Source of the DNA: a virus
Lineage: Duplodnaviria; Caudoviricetes
Direction: 5' to 3' (one strand)
IMG/VR virus record: IMGVR_UViG_3300032257_000058
Location: 1-36,558 of that record
DNA length: 36,558 nt
Shown here: piece by piece, positions 26,591-33,710 of the stretch
Layout: each line of letters opens with the position of its first letter
How positions within the stretch are numbered: the stretch's first letter is position 1
Position numbers and translations under genes: made by a program
The notes under the pieces: model-generated
What the model saw: the letters and a program-made list of their open reading frames with translations, nothing else
What the model was told of the DNA's origin: nothing
Database searches by the model: none

Positions 26591-27658
26591 ATGCAGAAAT
26601 CAGCTAGAGTATTATTTTTGTTCAGTGTAATTTTTTTACTTATCAGCTGCGGAGGAGGTGAAAATTCATTCGTTGATCCCTCGGGTGACAAGTTAACGTT
26701 ATTACGCAGTTTAAATATTGAAGCTGGTGATCAGTGTTTAGCTGGAGGTGTTGAAATAGAGTCGGGCTTTGACAGTAACGAAAACGGCAGCTTGGACAAT
26801 TCTGAAGTTACCTCTTCGAAAATCGTATGCCACGGGAGCAATGGATATAACAGCCTAATAAGAATTGCTGATGAGTTAGCGGGAGTCAACTGCCAAGCGG
26901 GAGGAAAAGCGATTACAACCGGAATGGATCAAAATCGAGATAGTGTGCTTGATGATAATGAGATTAGCCTAACTCAATACATATGCAACGGCATCACGGG
27001 AAGTGACGGTGAGCAAGGTGATAGGGGCGTTGCTGATGGCTGTGACGTCGCTGATAACGGGAATGGGACAAAAACATTAAGCTGCGATAACGGGAACAGC
27101 GTGTTGATCGCAGATGGTGCAGGTTGCACGGTAACATCAAATAATGATGGCACTAAAACAGTTAATTGCGATGATGGTACGTCCGCAATAATAAATAATG
27201 ATTTAATTAATGTGACACCCAGTGTCATCGGGTCTCGACGAGACAACCCCGTCCCGTTAGGTCAAACACTCATAACGGAATTTTGGGAAATAAAAGTCAT
27301 AGAGGTGATTAGAGGAAAAGAGGCATTAGAAATAGTTCTTTCTGGCGGAGACTCAAATGATCCGTTAGAAGAAGGAATTGAATACATGCTAGCAAACATA
27401 AATGTACGATATATGGGTGATAAGCAAGAAGGTGAGTCAATTTGGCACTATGATTTTAGAAGTACAGGCGAACATAATATTCTATATCAACACCCGTTAA
27501 TATTTGGTTTCAGTGAATTGGATGCAGATCTTTTTACTGGGGGGCAAGTGACTGAATGGGTTGGATTGTTAATTGGCGAGAGCGAGCAAGCTCCACTTTT
27601 AGTTACCGACTCAGGCTTATCGGCTGGTGAAAATAAAAAATATATGATGCTTGAGTAA
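26591..27658 (+). CDS. Repeat-containing lipoprotein (moron)
   Basis: Lipobox LISC (Cys20); two C..GG...G.D.N.(N/D)..LD..E...C.G repeats; short G-x-x run; two C.V..N..GTKT..CD.G repeats; C-terminal Ig-like (DUF4352-like) domain. Confidence 0.8.
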   Translation: MQKSARVLFLFSVIFLLISCGGGENSFVDPSGDKLTLLRSLNIEAGDQCLAGGVEIESGFDSNENGSLDNSEVTSSKIVCHGSNGYNSLIRIADELAGVNCQAGGKAITTGMDQNRDSVLDDNEISLTQYICNGITGSDGEQGDRGVADGCDVADNGNGTKTLSCDNGNSVLIADGAGCTVTSNNDGTKTVNCDDGTSAIINNDLINVTPSVIGSRRDNPVPLGQTLITEFWEIKVIEVIRGKEALEIVLSGGDSNDPLEEGIEYMLANINVRYMGDKQEGESIWHYDFRSTGEHNILYQHPLIFGFSELDADLFTGGQVTEWVGLLIGESEQAPLLVTDSGLSAGENKKYMMLE

Positions 27659-27671
27659 TTTACAATCTGAT

Positions 27672-28361
27672 CTACAAATCCATTTCGACTTTTTTCACGA
27701 CTCCTACAATTGTGTAATCGTCGCTCATTTCAGTTGTTGGATATTTTGGATTCAGAGGAACTAGAAATTTTCTAGGGCCATCAATGACAAGTTTTTTTAG
27801 CGTTGCCTCAGTTGCAGAATCCAATCGAGCGACAACAATGCTGCCGTTATTCGCTTCTATATCAGGATCAACAATAACAATTGCATCTTCGGGAATCGAG
27901 GGAGATCCGTTTGGGTTTACCATTGAGTCACTAACCACACGAAGTGCAAAAGCTCTAGAGCCTACTCGAGCCGTCGTCTCTCTCCATTCCTCGGCGTCAT
28001 TTGGTTGAAAAATATCTATCACCTCTGACCATTGGCCTGCTTGCACAGTTGATATTAAGGGTACATATCTTAATACGTCGGGACCGCTAGTAACGTTCTT
28101 GTAGCCAGCGTTTGACTCGTGAATAGAAATATAGTTTAGCCCAAATTTGGAGGTTTGCTTGCCTTCGAGCAGCCATTCTGGGTCACATTGAAGTAACCCA
28201 CACAATTTTAAGAGATATTTTTTTCCAGGAACTGTTTTTCCATTCGTCCACTGGTTAACTAATGACTTGCCAGCTCCCGTGAAGTTAACAATATCAATCT
28301 GCTTAATTTTTAGATCAGCCATTCGCTGATTTATTCTATCCATTACGTCCATGTTCATCAT
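27672..28361 (-). CDS. cI: CI-like repressor (HTH plus S24 autopeptidase)
   Basis: N-terminal HTH, Ala-Gly cleavage site (VQAG), catalytic Ser (SDSM) and Lys (ATLKKL). True start may be ATG 28352. Confidence 0.95.
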   Translation of the reverse strand: MMNMDVMDRINQRMADLKIKQIDIVNFTGAGKSLVNQWTNGKTVPGKKYLLKLCGLLQCDPEWLLEGKQTSKFGLNYISIHESNAGYKNVTSGPDVLRYVPLISTVQAGQWSEVIDIFQPNDAEEWRETTARVGSRAFALRVVSDSMVNPNGSPSIPEDAIVIVDPDIEANNGSIVVARLDSATEATLKKLVIDGPRKFLVPLNPKYPTTEMSDDYTIVGVVKKVEMDL

Positions 28362-28415
28362 TCTAAACTTTTATTTGTTCAAAATACTGTACATATAAGT
28401 TCAAAATGCTATACT
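28353..28415. promoter_or_regulatory. OR region: three 16-bp operators, PR and PRM
   Basis: GTTCATCATTCTAAAC (28353-28368), GTTCAAAATACTGTAC (28377-28392), GTTCAAAATGCTATAC (28399-28414). PR has an extended -10 TGCTATACT; PRM -10 is TAGAAT on the minus strand (28365-28360). Confidence 0.8.
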
Positions 28416-28447
28416 TTTTTTGATTAAAACTTACATGCAGGGCATTT

Positions 28448-28633
28448 ATGAAGGTATCTGACGCTGTTAATTTTTTCGGCAGCAAGACAAAAGTGGCTGC
28501 CGCACTAAACATATACAAGTCTGCAGTTTCTCAATGGGAAGTTAATGTGCCGAAACTTCGGGCATATGAAATTCAAGAAATCATGAGTGATCCAGACCAT
28601 CCAAAACATCCCAGTAATGTTAATTCAATGTAA
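28448..28633 (+). CDS. cro: Cro-like protein
   Basis: DAVNFFGSKTKVAAAL.I..SAVSQW...VP.LRAYEI; divergent from cI. Confidence 0.9.
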   Translation: MKVSDAVNFFGSKTKVAAALNIYKSAVSQWEVNVPKLRAYEIQEIMSDPDHPKHPSNVNSM

Positions 28634-28760
28634 TTTTGATATCTCCAAATCAGAGGAGATCATCTGTTTGTTTGATATTAATGACTTTGGTTTTGCAATG
28701 TAACTACACAAAACACCAAATTTTTAGAACCTAGCAAGTGTTTGGGTAATAAATGACAGC

Positions 28761-28967
28761 ATGATGGAAAAAAGAGTAGACAACCTAGAGAAAGAGGTTA
28801 GCGCCATGAGAAACGATGTTTCTGATATACGGTCTCGCCTGTCGAATATTGGAGACCAGGTTCCTCATTTAGCAACTAAATTAGACGTTTCTAGTTCGAC
28901 GAACAAGTTAATTATAGTCATGCTGGTAATTGCAGTCTTATATATAACTGTACTTAAAATTTGGTAA
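28761..28967 (+). CDS. Small coiled-coil protein with C-terminal TM helix
   Basis: RVDNLEKEV...LATK.D followed by a hydrophobic tail. Confidence 0.6.
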   Translation: MMEKRVDNLEKEVSAMRNDVSDIRSRLSNIGDQVPHLATKLDVSSSTNKLIIVMLVIAVLYITVLKIW

Positions 28968-29024
28968 TTTCAACACTTTCATTTGCCTGTTATTTAGTGC
29001 AGTGAAATACGAGGATATCAGCTA

Positions 29025-29186
29025 ATGAAGTCAATACGAGAGTTACAGAAATCTTATCAAGCTCTAACTAATCCAGCGTTCGATAAGATTTTTACAATTA
29101 TTGTTCTCTTTTTTATTGGACTTGTATTTATGTTGGGTGCCGGTTTTATCGGCTTTGTTTGGATTTATTCGGCAGTGTTTGGGTGA
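29025..29186 (+). CDS. Hypothetical 53-aa membrane protein (below ORF-track cut-off)
   Basis: GAGGA RBS; MKSIRELQKSYQALTNPAFDKIFTIIVLFFIGLVFMLGAGFIGFVWIYSAVFG*. Confidence 0.55.
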   Translation: MKSIRELQKSYQALTNPAFDKIFTIIVLFFIGLVFMLGAGFIGFVWIYSAVFG

Positions 29187-29192
29187 GTACGG

Positions 29193-30041
29193 ATGGCTAG
29201 GCCCACAAAACAGGGAATAGATTATTTTCCTATGGACGTTCAATTTGATGAAAAAGTAGAGCTATTTATTGCTGAAACTGGCGGTGAAGGGCTGGGTGTT
29301 TTGGTGACAATTTGGCAGCTAATTTATCAAAATAATGGCTACTACATTGACGGTGGAAACGATCTTTATTTGCTCATAAGAAGGCGATTAATGACCGACT
29401 TAAACCGCATTGGTGAGATAGTTGAAGTGGCTTTGAGGCGAGAAATTTTCAATTCACAGATGCATTCAAAGTACGGAATACTCACCTCAAAGGCAACTCA
29501 AAAAAGATACTTCATAGGCTCAAAAAAGAAAAAAGCAGTTGTCGTCAACGAAAACTACCTACTTGAGGGGGTTTTCGTCGGAGATAACTCAGTAAATGTT
29601 GACGGAAATGCCACAAATGTAAATGTAAAGGAAGAAGTAAATACTAAATACTCTGTCGACGATAAAAAAGCGGCGGAATTTATCTTTGAAAAAATAAAAA
29701 TCTTAAACCCAAAAACCAAACCACCAAGTATCGAATTGTGGTCTGAAAAAATTCGTCAGCTGCGTGAAATTGATCGTCGATCTCATCGAGAAATTTGTGA
29801 ACTTTTCCAGTGGGCAAATCAAGACAGTTTTTGGCAATCAAATATTTTAAGCCCAGGCAAGCTCAGAGAAAAATGGGATCAGCTTGCGATCAAACGAAAT
29901 CAGGAGAAAAATTGTGAAGTCAGTGGGGGATTTGATTCCAGGAGTAAATCAAAACGTGTCTCGGACAAGCTCGACGAAATCGCAAGGAAAGACATCCAAG
30001 AAAACGGCTTTGCCGAAACACTGGATAGCCAGCCTCTTTAA
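29193..30041 (+). CDS. Replication initiator (DUF4373/Lin1244-like N-terminus, lambda O-like C-terminus)
   Basis: MARP.K.G.DYFP.DV and ILTS...Q.RY; C-terminal WANQDSFW.SNILSPGKLREKWDQL. Confidence 0.85.
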   Translation: MARPTKQGIDYFPMDVQFDEKVELFIAETGGEGLGVLVTIWQLIYQNNGYYIDGGNDLYLLIRRRLMTDLNRIGEIVEVALRREIFNSQMHSKYGILTSKATQKRYFIGSKKKKAVVVNENYLLEGVFVGDNSVNVDGNATNVNVKEEVNTKYSVDDKKAAEFIFEKIKILNPKTKPPSIELWSEKIRQLREIDRRSHREICELFQWANQDSFWQSNILSPGKLREKWDQLAIKRNQEKNCEVSGGFDSRSKSKRVSDKLDEIARKDIQENGFAETLDSQPL

Positions 30042-30336
30042 AAAATTACAGGCAAGGTATGGCTCAAAGTGGGCTGCGTCAATCGAGGGAATCGAAGAAG
30101 AAGCAGTCGAGGAGTGGGCTCAAGGTCTTGCTGGATTGAATGGAGATCAAATAAAACATGGGCTTGATACTTGGAAAGAGGATTGGCCTCCGTCGATGAA
30201 TGAATTTATCAGATCTTGTGAAGTGCGGTCTCATACAATGCATAGAGAATTTCCAAAACTTGAGATATTGAAATCAGATTCTGACACAGGAAAAAAAGGG
30301 ATCAAGAATTTACGAGCTGCACTAAATCGCAATTAA
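30010..30336 (+). CDS. Replication protein P-like (helicase loader)
   Basis: LF..LQA.YG.KW, W..GL......IK.GL and WPPS..EF motifs; follows the initiator. TTG 30010 is a guessed start. Confidence 0.7.
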   Translation: MPKHWIASLFKKLQARYGSKWAASIEGIEEEAVEEWAQGLAGLNGDQIKHGLDTWKEDWPPSMNEFIRSCEVRSHTMHREFPKLEILKSDSDTGKKGIKNLRAALNRN

Positions 30337-30501
30337 CCACCGAGGAGACGCAGCATGAACAGACGACGCAGTGACATACATGAAGAAAGCAAATCAAGTT
30401 CGAGCTGAAAAGATTGAAAAAGAAAAAGAGCGAGTGACGAATTATGTTGATCGTAATGTACCTGAGCAGGAAAGCGAAGTGATTTAACAAAGGAGATCAT
30501 A

Positions 30502-30645
30502 ATGAAACACAGACGACGTTGTGATGATGCACCCGAAGATTACCCGATTGAAGATGAGACAACAGTACCGTCAAGTAAATTTTGGTTATTTTATATTGCT
30601 GCAATTGTAGTGATCACCGTTCTTGTCAAAATATTTTATGGCTAA
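30502..30645 (+). CDS. Hypothetical 47-aa membrane protein
   Basis: AAGGAG RBS; C-terminal TM segment. Confidence 0.55.
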   Translation: MKHRRRCDDAPEDYPIEDETTVPSSKFWLFYIAAIVVITVLVKIFYG

Positions 30646-30835
30646 GTATTTAAAATTTGAGGAAGTGGTCGAGTGTTGGCCTTGTGTGAATTGCCGTGTC
30701 CACAGGGTAGACCACACATGGCAATGCGCAAAACAAAATGAAAAGTTTGGCAACCCGATGGTGGGTGCTATCGGTCAATGCCACGAATACAGCTCTGAAG
30801 CTGGGACTGACAAGGAGATTTATGATAACCCCTAA
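30638..30835 (+). CDS. Hypothetical Cys-rich protein
   Basis: CVNC..C..C; ATG 30638 is coupled to the upstream stop. Confidence 0.55.
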   Translation: MAKYLKFEEVVECWPCVNCRVHRVDHTWQCAKQNEKFGNPMVGAIGQCHEYSSEAGTDKEIYDNP

Positions 30836-31046
30836 TTGGAAAAAGCATAATTCAGATTGCCAAGCCTACGGTGAGTATTTAGTTTGCCGGCGGCCAATTG
30901 ATAAAACTGAATTTACGTATATTGCTTACAAGAAACTAAAAACAGGTGGGTTCAAGATGTTTGCTGAATATGAAACGCCGAACGACGCTAAGCTCAGATG
31001 CGAACAATTACATAGAGATAGTTCGCAGAAGTTGAGAAAGAGATAA
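30822..31046 (+). CDS. Hypothetical protein
   Basis: ATG 30822 after AAGGAG. Confidence 0.6.
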   Translation: MITPNWKKHNSDCQAYGEYLVCRRPIDKTEFTYIAYKKLKTGGFKMFAEYETPNDAKLRCEQLHRDSSQKLRKR

Positions 31047-31060
31047 TCGGAGATCTAAAC

Positions 31061-31474
31061 TTGATAGTCATTGTTAAATCAGATAAACAAAAAAATTACG
31101 CAACTAAGTTAGTTAGTGATTTGAGTTACGATCATTGGCATACGGTTGAGATTAAACCTTACTCCCCTGATAGGAGCCTAGCTCAGAATAGTCTTTTGCA
31201 TATGTGGTGTAGTAATGCAAGCAAGAGCTACGCAGAAAGCCACGGTGAATACTATACACCTGACGCTTGGAAGATTTATTTTAAATCTTTATTTCTCGGC
31301 TACGAATCTAAAAAAACCCCAATGGGCGTTGTTGAGCAGCTTAGAAATACTAGTAAGTTATCACAAAAGAAGTTTGCTAAGTTTTTAAATGAGATTGAAG
31401 ATTATTGCGGATCGGAGCAAATCACGCTGAGACATCCATTTGATTATAGATTGGCGATGCATGGCGAAGCTTAA
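31061..31474 (+). CDS. ninB: NinB-like recombination protein
   Basis: RSLAQNSLLH.W, WK..FK and TSKLS...F..FL..IE motifs. Confidence 0.8.
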   Translation: MIVIVKSDKQKNYATKLVSDLSYDHWHTVEIKPYSPDRSLAQNSLLHMWCSNASKSYAESHGEYYTPDAWKIYFKSLFLGYESKKTPMGVVEQLRNTSKLSQKKFAKFLNEIEDYCGSEQITLRHPFDYRLAMHGEA

Positions 31475-31868
31475 ATCCATAGCTAAGTTAGTTGATGAAG
31501 CTGCCGTGTTGATGCAAAAACTGGTAAGAATGAAGGCTGCAAATGATGATGGATATGTCACCTGTGTTACCTGCGGGGTAGTAAAGCACTGGAAGGAGAT
31601 GCAAGGCGCACATTTTATTAGTCGGCGCTGGACGGCAACAAAAATATTAGAAGAAAATATTCACCCTTGTTGCCCATGTTGCAACGGGCCATTGAGGGGG
31701 AACCTACAAAACTACACACTTTACATGATTGACACCTATGGACGCGAGTTTGTGGACGAATTACTTTTACTAAAGCATGACTCAAGAAAATACTACCGAA
31801 ACGAAGTGGAAGAAATAAAAAAAGAATTAAGGGGGCAAATTGCTGAATTAGAGAAGGAAATAGCATGA
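31461..31868 (+). CDS. ninG: NinG/Rap-like endonuclease
   Basis: CVTCG, GAHF.SR and NIHPCC..CN...GN...Y motifs; start moved to ATG 31461. Confidence 0.85.
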   Translation: MAKLKSIAKLVDEAAVLMQKLVRMKAANDDGYVTCVTCGVVKHWKEMQGAHFISRRWTATKILEENIHPCCPCCNGPLRGNLQNYTLYMIDTYGREFVDELLLLKHDSRKYYRNEVEEIKKELRGQIAELEKEIA

Positions 31869-32161
31869 GCATTCATTGGCGTTTAGTGTCGTGGGGCCAA
31901 AAATCACGATTAAGCTTTAAAGGTCTTAAGTCGTGTCTTGATGACTCTGTGAGATCGGGCGAAGCAAAAGACTTATCCCCAGGCAATCAGGAAGTAGATG
32001 ATGCAGTAAGGACGCTAGAATACAGACATAAGCAAGTTATTACTTATCATTACGTGAGAGGGTATTCAAAAGAACGAGCAGCAAGAATGCTGGGCATGTA
32101 CAAAAGAACCTACATTTCAATATTTGACGCAGCAATAGAAAAGTTGGAAATATTATTGTAA
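31865..32161 (+). CDS. Q-like late antiterminator/activator (sigma-r4-like HTH)
   Basis: RL.SWG N-terminus and VD.AV..L......I..HY.......AA..LG HTH; last gene of the early-right operon. Confidence 0.7.
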   Translation: MSIHWRLVSWGQKSRLSFKGLKSCLDDSVRSGEAKDLSPGNQEVDDAVRTLEYRHKQVITYHYVRGYSKERAARMLGMYKRTYISIFDAAIEKLEILL

Positions 32162-32172
32162 ATATCCAAAAT

Positions 32173-32220
32173 AATATAGCAAAACGCTTTACTTTATATA
32201 ATATAGTGTTATACTATATT
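32173..32220 (+). promoter_or_regulatory. Promoter overlapped by inverted-repeat operators (acr-aca type)
   Basis: TTTACT(32188-32193)-16 bp-TATACT(32210-32215) with TGn. Perfect IR AATATAGT-GTTAT-ACTATATT (32200-32220) and degenerate copy AATATAGC-AAAAC-GCTTTACT (32173-32193). Confidence 0.8.
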
Positions 32221-32266
32221 TAAGAGTTGAGGAGAGGCCGAAGCTCAAAGTAAAGAGGGCAAAAAA

Positions 32267-32617
32267 ATGGAAATTTTAGTAAACGGCAAAGTAAAAGAAC
32301 TAGAAATTGTAGACCTTAAAACTGGCTGTAATTGGGAATACGATCTACTGGGTAATGCGGATGCTTTTGACGGATATAACGACGAGCGCGAAATGCCCGA
32401 AATGACTATCGAAACTTACTCCTGGTGGTCTGATTACATCAAAAAAGAGGAAGACCTGCAAGATCGGGCAAAAGCGATTCATGACGATTTAGGTGATAGC
32501 GACCAAGAAGCTTTTAACAAGGAAATGACAGACGCTGTTTGCAATGATTACGAAATGATGCAAATGAGCCAAATTGGTGTTGTAGAGTGTTGGGAAGAAA
32601 ATTTAAAAAAGAATTGA
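32267..32617 (+). CDS. Acidic hypothetical protein; candidate anti-CRISPR/anti-defence protein
   Basis: 116 aa, strongly Asp/Glu-rich, with its own promoter, directly upstream of an Aca5-like HTH gene. Function is inferred from context only. Confidence 0.6.
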   Translation: MEILVNGKVKELEIVDLKTGCNWEYDLLGNADAFDGYNDEREMPEMTIETYSWWSDYIKKEEDLQDRAKAIHDDLGDSDQEAFNKEMTDAVCNDYEMMQMSQIGVVECWEENLKKN

Positions 32618-32790
32618 GACCTGTCGCCAGAACCCTCGCTGAATACATCAGCGAAGAGTTTGGAGGATCGCAACGAGCCTTCGCAGAGGCACAAGGTGTG
32701 AAACCGGCGCAGGTCACACAATGGCTAAATAAGGATTTTATTGTGGTGGATAACGTTATGTACAGTCAAAGAAGATTTTTAAATAAATAG
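32614..32790 (+). CDS. Aca5-like small HTH repressor
   Basis: L.EYI...FGG....FA...GV....V..W....F.V......S.RR pattern matches my recollection of Aca5; TTG 32614 overlaps the upstream TGA. Confidence 0.7.
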   Translation: MRPVARTLAEYISEEFGGSQRAFAEAQGVKPAQVTQWLNKDFIVVDNVMYSQRRFLNK

Positions 32791-32807
32791 ACACTCTTTA
32801 TAATCAG

Positions 32808-32823
32808 CTGTATACATATCCAG
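32808..32823. promoter_or_regulatory. LexA (SOS) box, gamma/betaproteobacterial type
   Basis: CTGTATACATATCCAG versus consensus CTGTATATATATACAG (14/16). Confidence 0.7.
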
Positions 32824-32833
32824 CGTCATCTCC

Positions 32834-32873
32834 TTGACAAGACCCCTTGACAAAACTATAATCTCCATAGAAT
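32834..32873 (+). promoter_or_regulatory. Late promoter (pR'-like)
   Basis: Perfect TTGACA(32834-32839)-17 bp-TATAAT(32857-32862); CCTTGACAA direct repeat; -10-like TAGAAT at 32868-32873. Confidence 0.85.
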
Positions 32874-32877
32874 CAAC

Positions 32878-32950
32878 AAATGCCTGTCGCGAGAGCTTCG
32901 GGCATTTTTGCGTTTAGATAACTATGAAAGCCCTTAATTGGGCTTTTTTT
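32878..32950 (+). terminator. Tandem intrinsic terminators (tR'-like)
   Basis: AAATGCCTG...CGGGCATTTTT (32878-32909) and AAAGCCC-TTAATT-GGGCTTTTTTT (32927-32950). Confidence 0.8.
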
Positions 32951-32961
32951 GTGGGTGATAT

Positions 32962-33210
32962 ATGGCAGCTATCAGTACAAAAGAGAAATCAAAAATACGT
33001 CAAAAAATGTCATCGATTGGAACCGTTGATTATAATCGCCCAACAATAAACGCGGCTATGCAGGCTGTGGAAGATTGGTTTGATGGCGAGCGTGCGACGA
33101 TCAGCGCTCAAATCGATATTGCAACAAGCCCTAAAGTATTATCTAATCAACAAAAAAAGAAATTAGTTGGCTTCTGGATGCTTAAAAAATACGTCAGGGA
33201 GCTGTCATAA
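32962..33210 (+). CDS. Hypothetical protein, first late gene
   Basis: GGTG RBS; stop overlaps the next start. Confidence 0.65.
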   Translation: MAAISTKEKSKIRQKMSSIGTVDYNRPTINAAMQAVEDWFDGERATISAQIDIATSPKVLSNQQKKKLVGFWMLKKYVRELS

Positions 33211-33710
33211 TGACGACACGCACTACACCACTTCTCGGGTCAAATCCAGTCCCTGATAATTCAGGCGATGTGACGATAAAACTTTATTCTGAGCTTGATT
33301 CGGGCGCTGTTATCAATCCATTCGTCATCGTGTTTAATGACAGCGGTAACAAAGACGGTATCGCCGGATTGTTAAAAGTACCGGGCGATTATGTTGGGAC
33401 TGCAAAAGTAAACATATATTGGATCGCTGACGCAACGACGGGAGATGCCGTCTTCGACCTTTCGTATCTGACTAGGGCCGTCGGCGAAGACATGGGTGCG
33501 GCAGCGACAAGTACGTCCGATACCGTAACGACAACAACAGACGGGACAGCGTTTAATTTAAACAAATCAACAATGACGCTAACGTCCGGAGATTTCGCCG
33601 CTGGGGATATCGCCCCTGTCAAATTGTTTAGAAATAGTGGTGACGCTAGCGACGATCTTGCGGCTCCTGCGGGAGTATTTTACGTCGAATTCGAATATTC
33701 CGATGTCTAA
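33210..33710 (+). CDS. Putative virion fibre head/accessory beta-sandwich protein
   Basis: Thr/Gly/Asp-rich; VP.DY.....V.IYW and L.R......D pattern resembling fibre tip domains. Confidence 0.5.
   Translation: MTTRTTPLLGSNPVPDNSGDVTIKLYSELDSGAVINPFVIVFNDSGNKDGIAGLLKVPGDYVGTAKVNIYWIADATTGDAVFDLSYLTRAVGEDMGAAATSTSDTVTTTTDGTAFNLNKSTMTLTSGDFAAGDIAPVKLFRNSGDASDDLAAPAGVFYVEFEYSDV

Noticed and set aside
32227-32248. 5' UTR hairpin (TTGAG..CTCAA) as an Aca RNA-binding site
   Set aside because: Only a 5-bp stem with a 12-nt loop; too weak to claim.
4202-32613. Longest-ORF starts at 4202, 7270, 13544, 24876, 25867, 29884, 30623, 30738, 31440 and 32587
   Set aside because: They run through terminators, hairpins or upstream genes; downstream starts with an RBS or stop-start coupling fit better.
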